Shown one piece after another: positions 37,601 to 47,782 of a DNA stretch of 64,000 bases. Source of the DNA: Myxococcales bacterium (GTDB lineage: Bacteria; Myxococcota_A; Polyangia; Polyangiales; Polyangiaceae); contig JAYTOU010000038.1 of assembly GCA_043747615.1 (NCBI GenBank), positions 32,001-96,000 of the forward strand, read 5' to 3'. Every line of letters begins with the position of its first letter. The first letter of the stretch is position 1. The translations under genes were made by a program, and so were the position numbers. Under the pieces are notes generated by a model. It saw nothing but the letters and a program-made list of their open reading frames with translations. It did not search any database and had not been told where the DNA came from.

Positions 37601-38011
37601 ATGCCGTCTCCGCGCACCATCCGTGTCGTCGCGGCTGTTCTCGAGCGAGACGGCCGCTATCTCATCACGCAGCGCAGGCCGAGCGCCGTCCTTCCGTTGA
37701 TGTGGGAGTTCCCGGGCGGGAAGGTCGAGCTTGGTGAGAGCGACGCGCAGGCCCTCAAGCGCGAAGTGCTCCATCGCCTCGGCGCAGACATCGAGTGCGG
37801 CAAGTTGATCTCGTTCGTCAGTCATCCCTACGAGCATTACGTCGTCGATCTGTTTCTCTACGAGTGCCGCCTCGTCCCCGGAGACCGCGGGGAGGGGCTC
37901 GAGCCCAACGCCGTCAATGCGTTCAAGTGGGTGGCGAGCACGGAGTTCGATCAGTACCCGTTCACGCCCGCCGACGAAGCCTCGATGAACAAGCTTCTCG
38001 GCGTCGTCTAG
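37601..38011 (+). CDS. NUDIX hydrolase, MutT/NudG-like
   Basis: WEFPGGKVELGESDAQALKREVLHRLG (Nudix box with the EE pair replaced by HR), PAD. Confidence 0.85.
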   Translation: MPSPRTIRVVAAVLERDGRYLITQRRPSAVLPLMWEFPGGKVELGESDAQALKREVLHRLGADIECGKLISFVSHPYEHYVVDLFLYECRLVPGDRGEGLEPNAVNAFKWVASTEFDQYPFTPADEASMNKLLGVV

Positions 38012-38013
38012 AA

Positions 38014-39714
38014 CTACTTCGGCAAGTCGAGCGTGCACAGGGCGAGAACGCGCTCCCCCGAGGCCGCGAGGATCGCCATCGGCAGATCAATCGAGAGCAG
38101 GCCCGCTAGCTGAACGAGCGCTGTCATCACGTGCTTGTCGCGGCGCTCGGGGTCGAAGGCGGTGATCATCCTTCGCGGCGGACGAAGCACCTCGGGCGCG
38201 AGCTTCTCGCCGCCTACTCCGACGCGCTCGCGTGCCGTGGCGAGAGCGAGGTCGAAGCCGCCGAGCTTGTCGACGAGGCCTCGCAGAGCGGCGTCTTTTC
38301 CCGTCCACACCCGGCCCTCGGCGACCTTGTAGATCTCCTCGGTCGTGCGCTTTCGGCCGTCGGCTACGACCTTCACGAAGCCCTGATAAATCCCTTCGAT
38401 TTCTTGATTGACCGCGCCAACCTCGTCGACCGTGAGGGGTCCGATCGGGTCGAGCAATCCCGCGCGCGCGCCGTACCGGAGATGGCTCGTTGCGACCCCG
38501 ATGCGGGCGAGGAGTGCCTCCGCCTCGAAGCGCGCGGCGACGACACCAATCGATCCGGTGATGGTGGTCGGCTCGGCGATGATGGCGTGCGCCGGCGCAG
38601 CCACGTAGTAGCCACCGCTCGCGGCGACGTTGGCCAAGCACGCGACGAGCGGCTTGTCTGCCGCGAGGCGAACGAGCTCGTGATGAATCCGGTCGGAGGC
38701 AAGCGCACTGCCGCCAGGCGAGTCGACGTGGAGAAGCACCGCCTTCACGTGTGGGTTCTGACGCGCGCCGCGAATGATCTGAAGGAGATCTTCTTCTCCA
38801 GCCAGACCAAAACCGAGCGGGCTCGACGTGGCGATCGCCCCATGCACGCGCACGACGCCAACGACCCCTGGCGTGCGAAGCGGGGACAGACGGGCCGAGC
38901 GGCGCATCCGCACATACGCTCCAGCGTTCACGATCGCGGCTTTTTTCCCGGGCTCCGCGAGTCGATCGAAGATCTCATCCTCGTACGCCTCTGCGTCCAC
39001 CAGGCCCGCGCGGACGGCGTCTGCTGCTCCGTAGGGCGCGCCGTCGACGATCGCCCGAGCCCGCGCGATGTCCACGTGACGTCCTTCGGCGATGCCGTCT
39101 ACGAGCTCGTCGTAGTAAGTGGTGAGGATCGCATCCAGCTGCTCACGCTGCGCTTCGCTCATCGCGTCCCGGGTGAGTGTCTCGCCGGCGCTCTTGTAGC
39201 TCCCGCGGGCAAAGATCTGCGGAGTGAGCCCGACGCGGCTGAGCGCTCCTTTGAGGTAGCGTGCGTTTACCGCAAAGCCCAAGGGGGCAAGACTAGTCTG
39301 CGGTCCGCAGAAGATTCGGTTCGCCGCCGTCGCTACGTACACCTCTTTTGCGCCCGCCCCCATCGGCAGGTGAACGATCACCTCGCGTCCGCTCGTTCGT
39401 AGTCGGGTGAGCAGCGCGCGCAGCGAAGTCGCGGTCGACATTCCCCCCTGGAACGATCGGATCGTAAGGAGTAGCCCTTTCGGCCTGGAATCCTCGAGGA
39501 TTTCGTCGATCAAGAGCGAGAGCCCATGGAGGGTCGTCGCCGGCTTTCGCCTCCATTGCCACGGGCGCGGAGGCGGCTCGATGTCCGTCACCCGTCCGTC
39601 GATCTCGAGAGCGATGAACGCTCCTTGAGGAGCTGCCTGGCTTCGCCGGTAGAGGGCGAGCGGAAGGAAGAGCAACTTGATGAGGTTGCGGAGGAGCCGA
39701 AAGAGGATGCGCAT
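38014..39714 (-). CDS. sppA: Signal peptide peptidase SppA (67K type)
   Basis: Two S49 domains; YKSAGE, DSPGGS, AASGGY, TGSIGV. Confidence 0.92.
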   Translation of the reverse strand: MRILFRLLRNLIKLLFLPLALYRRSQAAPQGAFIALEIDGRVTDIEPPPRPWQWRRKPATTLHGLSLLIDEILEDSRPKGLLLTIRSFQGGMSTATSLRALLTRLRTSGREVIVHLPMGAGAKEVYVATAANRIFCGPQTSLAPLGFAVNARYLKGALSRVGLTPQIFARGSYKSAGETLTRDAMSEAQREQLDAILTTYYDELVDGIAEGRHVDIARARAIVDGAPYGAADAVRAGLVDAEAYEDEIFDRLAEPGKKAAIVNAGAYVRMRRSARLSPLRTPGVVGVVRVHGAIATSSPLGFGLAGEEDLLQIIRGARQNPHVKAVLLHVDSPGGSALASDRIHHELVRLAADKPLVACLANVAASGGYYVAAPAHAIIAEPTTITGSIGVVAARFEAEALLARIGVATSHLRYGARAGLLDPIGPLTVDEVGAVNQEIEGIYQGFVKVVADGRKRTTEEIYKVAEGRVWTGKDAALRGLVDKLGGFDLALATARERVGVGGEKLAPEVLRPPRRMITAFDPERRDKHVMTALVQLAGLLSIDLPMAILAASGERVLALCTLDLPK

Positions 39715-39789
39715 TGAGTGGAGTATGCCAGGCGCCTGCGCAGAGGCTTCCCTCAGGTGCAAGCTCTAGCGAACGTGACCGCGGCGCGT

Positions 39790-41610
39790 TTACAGACCAG
39801 CGATGACGTGCTCCACGAGGATCATCGCGCGCTGTGCGGGCACCGTGATCCGCAGAGCACCGGCAGGATCGACCGTGTAGCTCGCCATCATCGGATCGAG
39901 GACGTCCACCAGGGTGGTCCCTGGTTTCGCCCCCACCTTCATGACGTCGGCGCCGCTCGCTGTGTCGCTCGATTTGCGGCCATTCGTATTGAGGACAACG
40001 AGAGCGTACTCGGCACCCGCATCTCCGCCCGTCCGCTCGAAGGCGAAGACGCCCGCGTCCTGCTCGCCCGCCACGTGTGACGACGACCACCGCACCACCG
40101 TGTCGCCGCGGCGGAGCGCGACGTAGCCGCCTCGCAGGCGGGAGAGCTTCTTGAAATGGCGAAACGTGTCGCCTGTCGTGCCGTAGCTCGTCGGCCACAT
40201 CACCTCGCGGTTCGACGGATCGTTGCCCCCGGAGAACTCCTGCTCCGTCCCGTAGTAGAGGCAGGGAATTCCCTCCTCGGTCAGCATCAGGGTGAGCGCG
40301 TTGCGGAGCGCGGCGGTGTCCATCTGCGCATCGAAGAGGAAGCGCGACACGTCGTGGTTGTCGAGGAAGTTCACGAGCGCTTTCCGCGGCGCGACGCCGA
40401 TCCCCATGTCCTGCGGATCGTTCGAATAGTTTTTGGTGCGAGACTCCCAGAGTGAGGTGATCTGCGCGGTTCCTTTTTGCTGCTTGGGATCGTGCGCGTT
40501 CTGAAAAATGTCGCGGAAGACCTGAAAATGCTGGGAAAAGTAGAAGACGGAGTCGAGCTCGCCCTTCTTGGTGAAGCTGCCGAGGAGCGTGTCGTTTCCG
40601 TCGAACGCCTCGCCGAACATCATGAAATTATTTTTGCCGTGGGCCGCCAGGCGCTTGCGGATGCCCGCCGTGAACACCTGCCAGAACTCATGCTCCACGT
40701 GCTTCACCGTGTCGATGCGGAAGCCGTCGAGGTCGGTTAGCTCCACCCAGCGCGCGTAGGCGTCGACCATGGTGTCGCGCACCTCGGGGATCTCGGTCGC
40801 CACGTCTTTCAAGCCGCCCGGAAAATCTCCCAGCAGGCGCTGCGCGTCGACGTTGTAATCCAGGATCCGACCGAAGCCGTGGTAGGCGCGCGCCGTCCCG
40901 AGTATTCCCGGCGCCGGCGGCACCCGCTGAATGGCTGGGTCCTGGATGAAAATGATCGGCGCACGCCCCGCGTTGCCGAGAGAGGTCGACGCCTGCACGC
41001 CGCGCGGATCCCAGTCGGGATCGAACTCCGACACCCGGGTGATGGGTGAGCTCGAGCCCGTCCCACCGATGTAGATGTCGGGGTGTCCGTTCAGATTCAT
41101 GTCGTAGTAAAAGACCTGCCCCATGTGATTGGTGACGATGTCGAGCACGACTTTGAGGCCCAGATCATGGGCATTGGCGATCATCGAGCGAAGCGCCGCA
41201 AGATCTCCGAAGTGGGGATTGAGCTCGGTGAGATCTTGGGCCCAGTAGCCGTGGTACCCGTCGACGTCGGCGTCGGTCTCGACGTTGCGCACGATGGGAG
41301 AGATCCACAGCGTCGTCACGCCGAGCGAGACGAAGTAGTCGAGGTGGTCCTCGATCCCCTTCCAGTCGCCGCCCTGGTAGCGGGCGAGGGCTCCGGCTTG
41401 AACGCGGGCGTCGTTGTTGATGTCGCCGTTGGCGAAGCGATCGACGAGCACTTGGTAGAGGACTTCGTCGCGCCAATCTTTGACGTGCGTTGCCAGGATC
41501 GGCTGCTGACCGTTCGCGGGAACCGAGACGCAGCCCACCTCCGGCGCGAAGGAGCACGCGAGGGCGAGGGCGATAGCTGTGACCGGGAATGTGCGCATCG
41601 CTTTTCTCAT
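39790..41610 (-). CDS. GH13 alpha-amylase family lipoprotein
   Basis: DRFANGD, YHGYW, DIVTNH, DGFRIDTVKH, FGE, FLDNHD; N-terminal signal with Cys. TGATG coupling to the porin. Confidence 0.92.
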   Translation of the reverse strand: MRKAMRTFPVTAIALALACSFAPEVGCVSVPANGQQPILATHVKDWRDEVLYQVLVDRFANGDINNDARVQAGALARYQGGDWKGIEDHLDYFVSLGVTTLWISPIVRNVETDADVDGYHGYWAQDLTELNPHFGDLAALRSMIANAHDLGLKVVLDIVTNHMGQVFYYDMNLNGHPDIYIGGTGSSSPITRVSEFDPDWDPRGVQASTSLGNAGRAPIIFIQDPAIQRVPPAPGILGTARAYHGFGRILDYNVDAQRLLGDFPGGLKDVATEIPEVRDTMVDAYARWVELTDLDGFRIDTVKHVEHEFWQVFTAGIRKRLAAHGKNNFMMFGEAFDGNDTLLGSFTKKGELDSVFYFSQHFQVFRDIFQNAHDPKQQKGTAQITSLWESRTKNYSNDPQDMGIGVAPRKALVNFLDNHDVSRFLFDAQMDTAALRNALTLMLTEEGIPCLYYGTEQEFSGGNDPSNREVMWPTSYGTTGDTFRHFKKLSRLRGGYVALRRGDTVVRWSSSHVAGEQDAGVFAFERTGGDAGAEYALVVLNTNGRKSSDTASGADVMKVGAKPGTTLVDVLDPMMASYTVDPAGALRITVPAQRAMILVEHVIAGL

Positions 41611-43055
41611 CACGGGTACGAGCTCGAATTGAACCACCACTCGGCGCCGAGGCCGATGAAGTGCTCGACGGTCCGCTGCGCGAACACGTCTTCAGTGGCG
41701 TAGAGAGAACGCGCACCGGCGTCGCGCGCGGTGATGGAGTAGATGATTCGGAGCTGTGGCCGCTTGAAGGAGCCCCTTCCTGCAGGGGAAAAATAGGGGA
41801 TTATGCCGGCACGAAGCAGTGAGGCGGTGAGCGGCCCGCTGCCTGACGGATCGAGAATCGCGTAGCGCCTAGCCTGGAAGCTACCCTCGAGCGCGACGCC
41901 CCAGTGATCGCCGATGAACACCTGGGGCCGCACTACGACCGTTCCCTCGTCGTATTTCTGGGTAGACGTCGGCGAGGGATCGCCGTCGCGAAAAAAGCGG
42001 AGGTACGCGCCCACGAGAACTCCGACCATCTCCTTCTCGTAGTTCGCGCCGAGAGCGATGAGGGTCTCGCTCGACCCGCGGGTCGTGCGGTCGTTGGCGA
42101 AGGTGGTCGGCACCGTGAGCGGATCGTAGGCGGCAACTCCGCGCGCGTGGCGGAGAAAAAGGTTCACGTGGTTGTCGCGCTCGCCCGTCCAGAATCCGAG
42201 CTGTGTGCCGACGAGAAATCCGCTGTCACTCGGGAGTGGCTTGTCGACGTTGTTCACGGTGTCGCGAGCGGTACCCGCGGCGAGCTCGTGCGCTTCGCCG
42301 TAGAGCGAGAGCTTGAAGCCCATTTTTTCGCCGCGGAAATTGCGGAAGCGGTGGGTAGCCTTGATGGTCTCGACGATCCGCGGACGATCGAGCACGGTCA
42401 CGTTCGTGGCGCCGAAGCCGAACGGCGCGACCACCGGGATTTGTTGGTACTGGTAAAGATTGTCGAGCCGCTGCATGCCGACATGCGCGGCGATCGTGGT
42501 GTCCCCATCCGGGAATTTGTAGGCGATTCCGCCGCCGACGGTGTTCTGGTTGTCGAGCGGCCACCAGTCGAGGAGATAGATGTCGTCGCCGCGGTACATG
42601 CGTGCGCCGACCCACATCGTGTAGGCGCCGTACGTCCCCTGAGCGAAGAGATTGCGCACCGCGATCTGCTGCATCGGGTTGCCGGAGAAGTGGAAGAAAG
42701 GCGGAAAGAGCGCGAGCGTGGCGACGACCTTGCTCTTGATCTCGGGCGCGTCCGGACCGCCGAGCTGGTAGGTGTCCTCGCGCCGAAGCTCGAGCTCCGC
42801 GTAGCTCTCTTCGTCGATGCGCGACCCGTGAGCGATGACGTTTGCCTGCCGCCCTGTGCCGCCGCGCCCATCCATGGCCACGCGTACGCGTCCGTAGGAA
42901 CCGAACTCGAAGTGACCCGCCTTGGGATCGGGGACCGGAGCTTGCGGAGTAGCGGGCGCCGCCGCAGGAGGAAGAGCAGGGTCGACATCGCCGCGCGCGA
43001 TCGACGGAAGAACAATGCCAAGCGCGATCGTGACTACGAGTAGAGAGCGAGGCAT
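41610..43055 (-). CDS. LamB-like carbohydrate (malto-oligosaccharide) porin
   Basis: Signal peptide, FEFGSYGR, E.YAEL, WVGARMYR.DIYLLDWW, RPQLR, C-terminal GLGAEWWF. Confidence 0.8.
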   Translation of the reverse strand: MPRSLLVVTIALGIVLPSIARGDVDPALPPAAAPATPQAPVPDPKAGHFEFGSYGRVRVAMDGRGGTGRQANVIAHGSRIDEESYAELELRREDTYQLGGPDAPEIKSKVVATLALFPPFFHFSGNPMQQIAVRNLFAQGTYGAYTMWVGARMYRGDDIYLLDWWPLDNQNTVGGGIAYKFPDGDTTIAAHVGMQRLDNLYQYQQIPVVAPFGFGATNVTVLDRPRIVETIKATHRFRNFRGEKMGFKLSLYGEAHELAAGTARDTVNNVDKPLPSDSGFLVGTQLGFWTGERDNHVNLFLRHARGVAAYDPLTVPTTFANDRTTRGSSETLIALGANYEKEMVGVLVGAYLRFFRDGDPSPTSTQKYDEGTVVVRPQVFIGDHWGVALEGSFQARRYAILDPSGSGPLTASLLRAGIIPYFSPAGRGSFKRPQLRIIYSITARDAGARSLYATEDVFAQRTVEHFIGLGAEWWFNSSSYP

Positions 43056-43061
43056 TCGTTC

Positions 43062-45353
43062 CTAAGGGGCGAGGATCGCAGAAGAGCGCGCGCCGAGCGT
43101 GAGGGTCACCGCGCCACTCGACACAGTCACATCGGGACCGCCGAGCCTATCGTGGAGGACGGCTCCATTCGAGAGCGGAATCGTGAGGGGGAGCGTGGCC
43201 GCGTACGTTTGCGGCGTTGCCAAACGGTTGATCGCCACGAGCGCCACGTCGCCCGCCGCTGTCTGCCGAGCGAAGACCAAGAAATCTTCGGTCGTCGAAA
43301 CGGGCCGGTAGTCCCCGCGCCGAAGGGCCACGAGCTCTTTTCGCGCGGCCCCGAGCTTGCGCGTCCAGGTGAGCGTCGCCGCTTCGTCCGCGCTGAGGGT
43401 CATGTCGCCGCGCCACATCACGCGGTTGTTCGGATCGGCGCCGCCCCACTCTCCGTACTCATCGCCGTAGTAGACGAGCGGCGCGCCCGGAAGACCCATC
43501 AGCCACGACATGGCCAGACGATGCCGCGCGTACGGCTCCGAATCCGGCGGAGCCGCGGCGATGTTGCTCCATTTATTTCCGGGGACGGACGCAGCGTGCG
43601 CGGCGTCCTGACCGCGGTAGCTGGCGATCGTCACCGAGCGCGGAGTGTCGTGGCTACCGATGTACGGCGTCATGATCGAACCGGCCGGATATTCCCACCC
43701 GCTCGCCTGCGCCCAGTAATCGGCGTGAACGAGGCCCTTCGTGGAGTTGGTGTCGAACACCAGGTAAGGCACGGCGGCGTAGAGGACGAAGTCGAACTGC
43801 CCGTCGAGCCCGTTCGGACCGATGTAGCGGCTGATCGTGTCGTACTGAGACTGGTTGCAGGCGAGACCGCAGTCGCTCCAGCCCATTGCCGTCTCACCCG
43901 TGAGAAAGACCTTCGTGCCCGCGGCCTCGAACTCGTCGCGGATGCGTGCGGACAGGTTGATCGTAGCCACGTCTTCCACGTGCTTCACGGCGTCCATGCG
44001 GAGCCCGTCGAGATCGAAGTTGTCGATCCAGTAGACGGCGTCGTCACTGTACTGCTCGTTCACCGCGGGAACCGTCCAGTTCACGTCCGGGAGGTAGTCG
44101 GCGAAGAGGCAATCCAGGCGATGCGCCGTCCAGTCGCAGTTGGTCGTCCCGCACAAGCATCCGGTGCGAAACCAATCCGGGTGCGCCGCGAAGTACTCGT
44201 GCTCCTTGTGGACGTGGTTCACGACGAAATCCTGGAGGACGCGGATTCCGTGAGCGTGCGCTTCCTTCACCAATTTTTTCAACGCTGCCTCGCCTCCGAG
44301 ACGCGCTTCCACTTCGCGAGCTTTGGTGGGCCAGTAGCCGTGGTAGCCCGTGACCGAGTGGACGCCGTCGTCAGCCGCGAACGCACCTTGGGGATTCGTC
44401 TGGAAAGGCGTGAGCCAGATGGCCCGGACGCCGAGCTGATCGAGCGCCCCGCTGGCGATGACCGAGCGCACGCCGTCGAAGTCGCCGCCCTGAAAGCTCG
44501 CCCTCGAGTCGACGCCACTGATCGCGGGCGCATTGTTCGTGGGATCGCCGTCTTTCATGCGATCGGTCATCGCCATGTAGATGACAGCGTCGCGCCAATC
44601 GAAGGCCGCGTCTTCCACCCAGAAGACGAGCCGAAGGGGCTTGGCAGCTTTGCCGCGCTTGTCGGTCGCGAAAACGACGAGGCTGTACTTCCCGTCGGCG
44701 AGCGCGGGCGCATCGATGGACAGGCGGGCCCCGTCGAGCTTGACCGTCACGGGTGAGAGGACTTCGTCTTTTCGAAGCGTCGCCCTTACCGAGGCCGTGT
44801 CGATTCCCGTACGATCCGCGGCGTCGACGTAGTGCACGTTTGCCGTGAAGCGACCCTGCCCACTCGCAGCGCGGGTGAGCGACTTGTCGCTGAGGGAGAG
44901 GACGGGAACATGACAATCCGGAACGCGCACCGCGGAGTTCTCGACGCTCCCTACGTACTTGCGGAGGCGCGCCCCGGGGTCGAGCTCGTACGCGCCGCCG
45001 AGGAGAAGCTTGTATCCTGCAAGTCCCGGCGGGAGCTCGATTCCCACGGTGAACGAGCCGTCGGACGCTGGCCCGGTCATGGCCACGCCGGGCTTGGCGA
45101 AGGCGTTCCACTCGCCCGTGACCTCGGCGCTGCGGACGATTCGCCCAGCAGGGGGCGCGTAGCGGAACGTCGTCGTGCACGTTACGGCGCTGATTTCGCC
45201 GGGGCCTCCGTCGGTGCGCGCAGAGCCACTTTCGCCGCCCTCGAAGCCTGCGTCCTCCAAGCCGACGTGCGGAGGCGTGGTGCCGTTGGACGAATCGGCA
45301 TTACACGCGGCAAAGGAGAGCGCGGCGACAGCAAAGAGAAGAAGGCGCTTCAC
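43062..45353 (-). CDS. GH13 lipoprotein with N-terminal E-set/CBM48-like and Ig-like domains
   Basis: GTG start coupled to GH15; FAA-C lipobox; VTGEWNAF..GYK; DGLRMDAVKH, TGE, YIGSHD. Confidence 0.9.
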   Translation of the reverse strand: MKRLLLFAVAALSFAACNADSSNGTTPPHVGLEDAGFEGGESGSARTDGGPGEISAVTCTTTFRYAPPAGRIVRSAEVTGEWNAFAKPGVAMTGPASDGSFTVGIELPPGLAGYKLLLGGAYELDPGARLRKYVGSVENSAVRVPDCHVPVLSLSDKSLTRAASGQGRFTANVHYVDAADRTGIDTASVRATLRKDEVLSPVTVKLDGARLSIDAPALADGKYSLVVFATDKRGKAAKPLRLVFWVEDAAFDWRDAVIYMAMTDRMKDGDPTNNAPAISGVDSRASFQGGDFDGVRSVIASGALDQLGVRAIWLTPFQTNPQGAFAADDGVHSVTGYHGYWPTKAREVEARLGGEAALKKLVKEAHAHGIRVLQDFVVNHVHKEHEYFAAHPDWFRTGCLCGTTNCDWTAHRLDCLFADYLPDVNWTVPAVNEQYSDDAVYWIDNFDLDGLRMDAVKHVEDVATINLSARIRDEFEAAGTKVFLTGETAMGWSDCGLACNQSQYDTISRYIGPNGLDGQFDFVLYAAVPYLVFDTNSTKGLVHADYWAQASGWEYPAGSIMTPYIGSHDTPRSVTIASYRGQDAAHAASVPGNKWSNIAAAPPDSEPYARHRLAMSWLMGLPGAPLVYYGDEYGEWGGADPNNRVMWRGDMTLSADEAATLTWTRKLGAARKELVALRRGDYRPVSTTEDFLVFARQTAAGDVALVAINRLATPQTYAATLPLTIPLSNGAVLHDRLGGPDVTVSSGAVTLTLGARSSAILAP

Positions 45354-47626
45354 GAGACTCTCTTTCGCTTGCGAAGAAGAAGACCGAGCCCACCGAGAAG
45401 AGAGACAAGCGCGCCGGCTTCGTTCGTCTTTGCGCCTGCAGAGACGCAGCCGCAGCCGCCAGGCGAAGTCGCGTCGCCGTTCACTGGAGAGCCCGCATCC
45501 GTCGGGTTCACGCGCGGTCCTCCTTCGGGATTGGCGGCTGCGTCGCTGCCCGCGTCGTCGCTCGACGCGCCAGGCTCGGATGCAAAGGCGTCGCACGTGG
45601 GGGTGACCGGGACTCCACGCTCGCTGAGGGCGAGCACGTACGCGCCGGCGCCGAAGCCCACCATCGGAGACTCGCCGGCATAGTCGGCCGTGGTGCGATC
45701 GTGAAGCTCGGAGAGCTCGAGGAAATTCTCGGTAGCCTGATCGACGTTCCACGCAAACGTGCTCGCCGCTCCCACCGAATCACCGGCGAGCGCGCGCGGA
45801 CGCGATGAACGCAGGTCGACGAAGATCCATTCTTGCGAGTCGTACCAAGCGCCGAGGTCATTGCGCATGAAGCCGCGACCGCTGGGGGGCGTCAGACCGC
45901 GGACGAGAGACGCGATGGTGGCCTTTGCAGTGCGCCTCGTGGGATCGATGAGCCCGAAGTTGATGGCCTCGAGCGCGCCCGCATCGAGCCAACCGACACC
46001 TGCGGCGAGACCCTCGGTGCTCTGGGCGATCGTTCCGTCGGGCGCACGGAGGCTAGCCAGGATCGCATCGCGCGCGCTCGCTCCGGCGGTGCGGTACGCG
46101 GTGGCTGAAGCCGCGTCGCTGGCCTTCGTGGCCAAGCGCGCGGCGGAGCACAGACCATGGGCGGCGGTGATCGTGGAGTAGGCGAAGTGGCGCTGCTTTC
46201 CGTTCCAGTGCACTTCCCAAATGGACGAATCGGCAGCAATCAGACCGCTCGGTTCCTGCAAGTGAACGAGCACGTCGGCCACGTTGGATTTGACGACGGG
46301 CCACCACGACGCGAGGGACACGGTGTCGTTCGAGGCGCGCACGTATTCATCGAGAGCCCACAAAAATAGGCCAAATCCGTCGAACTCGACGTTGGGGCCG
46401 TCGGCGTTCGAGTCGGACTCTTCGGTGCCGTTGCCGAAGTAGCGCACCACCGAGATCTGGTACGGAGATTTGACGTAGGTCGCATAGGCCCCGACCGTGG
46501 CGCCCATCTGAAAGGAGAGAGCGTTCTTCGCTTCCGCATAGTGACCACTGCGAACGAGCGCGACGGTGGCATACGCCATGTCTCTCACCCAGGAGATGTT
46601 CCATTTTCCCGGCGCGAGGCTGGCCAGGATCTGCCCCGAAGATTTTCCGGGCTCGGTGACGGCAGCCATCCGAATGTTGGCTTGCGACTGGAGGTAGAGC
46701 GCCGCCTCGCGCGGAGTCGATCCCGCGGGTGGAGCGCCGAGCCACGCCGCCCACGCCGTTTTCTCGTCGGCGAGGATCGCGTCCGCCGTACGGCCTGCGA
46801 TCCAGGTGCGCACCCGGGTGATCGCCGCGAGCGCATCGGCGTCCGCCGCGAGGACGGTGAACCAGCCCGCTGTCGCCGTGCTTCCGACCGCACCATTTCC
46901 GAGCGACGTTTGAAGGCCGCCGACCGCGTCACTCAGTGCGCCCCCGGTGCCCGCGTTGTTCGCAAGGTTTGCCCCGGCGTTGAGCGAGTCGTATGGATTT
47001 TGCGGGCTTGCGCCGTGAAACGAGGAAGCGCCGATGCTCCCGTAACCCATGGCGACGCCGCTCGGACCGTACTCGTAGAGCGCATCGGCCGCGGCGTTGT
47101 AGGCGATGTTCTCTCCGTCGCTTCCGGGCGCGGGCGAGCCGGAGCCGAGGTGGTAGTTGAAGAGCGAGTACGCGTCGATCGCCCCGGTGCCGCTCGCGCG
47201 CGTGACTTTGACGATCATCACGCTTGCGTTTTCCGTGAGCCCCATAGGCGCAAAATCGTATTCGTCGACGGTGAAGCCAGACACGCTTCGCACCACGTGG
47301 ATGATCCCGGTGCCCGGGATCATTTCGATCGACGTCGGCGTCACGGTGGAGAGCCACGTTCCCGCCCCGCCCACGCGGATACCCGGATAGGCATCGAACG
47401 CGAAGTTCCGCGACTCGCTTCCCGCGCTGGGAAAGCGGTACGGGTGCTCTAGAAATTGATTCACCCGGTTGGTCGTCGCATCGAAGGCGATCGACGCTCT
47501 GCCGTTCGACGAAGAAAGGTGATGCTCGGTGCGGTGAGGGACGACGGCGCCCGCTTCCCCGGCGATGCCCAGGACTGCGCACAAGGCTCCCAATCCTGCC
47601 GTGCCGGAAAGCGTTCTCATCGGCAT
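45350..47626 (-). CDS. GH15 glucoamylase-like enzyme with MYXO-CTERM anchor
   Basis: WNISWVRD, DSSIWE (general acid), LSEL (base). Ends GGCGC + hydrophobic segment + RKRKR. Confidence 0.87.
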   Translation of the reverse strand: MPMRTLSGTAGLGALCAVLGIAGEAGAVVPHRTEHHLSSSNGRASIAFDATTNRVNQFLEHPYRFPSAGSESRNFAFDAYPGIRVGGAGTWLSTVTPTSIEMIPGTGIIHVVRSVSGFTVDEYDFAPMGLTENASVMIVKVTRASGTGAIDAYSLFNYHLGSGSPAPGSDGENIAYNAAADALYEYGPSGVAMGYGSIGASSFHGASPQNPYDSLNAGANLANNAGTGGALSDAVGGLQTSLGNGAVGSTATAGWFTVLAADADALAAITRVRTWIAGRTADAILADEKTAWAAWLGAPPAGSTPREAALYLQSQANIRMAAVTEPGKSSGQILASLAPGKWNISWVRDMAYATVALVRSGHYAEAKNALSFQMGATVGAYATYVKSPYQISVVRYFGNGTEESDSNADGPNVEFDGFGLFLWALDEYVRASNDTVSLASWWPVVKSNVADVLVHLQEPSGLIAADSSIWEVHWNGKQRHFAYSTITAAHGLCSAARLATKASDAASATAYRTAGASARDAILASLRAPDGTIAQSTEGLAAGVGWLDAGALEAINFGLIDPTRRTAKATIASLVRGLTPPSGRGFMRNDLGAWYDSQEWIFVDLRSSRPRALAGDSVGAASTFAWNVDQATENFLELSELHDRTTADYAGESPMVGFGAGAYVLALSERGVPVTPTCDAFASEPGASSDDAGSDAAANPEGGPRVNPTDAGSPVNGDATSPGGCGCVSAGAKTNEAGALVSLLGGLGLLLRKRKRVS

Positions 47627-47782
47627 GCGCGCTCCTGTCGGTTAGCACGTGTCCATCCGGGTGCCATCAGAAAGTAACTCAGACCTGCGTTACGCTTCGG
47701 GGTCACCGTTTCGTGCGAAAAAACGCCTTCACAGGCGCATCGCTCCAGATGGACGCAACCGGCGTCGAGCTCCTCGATTGAG

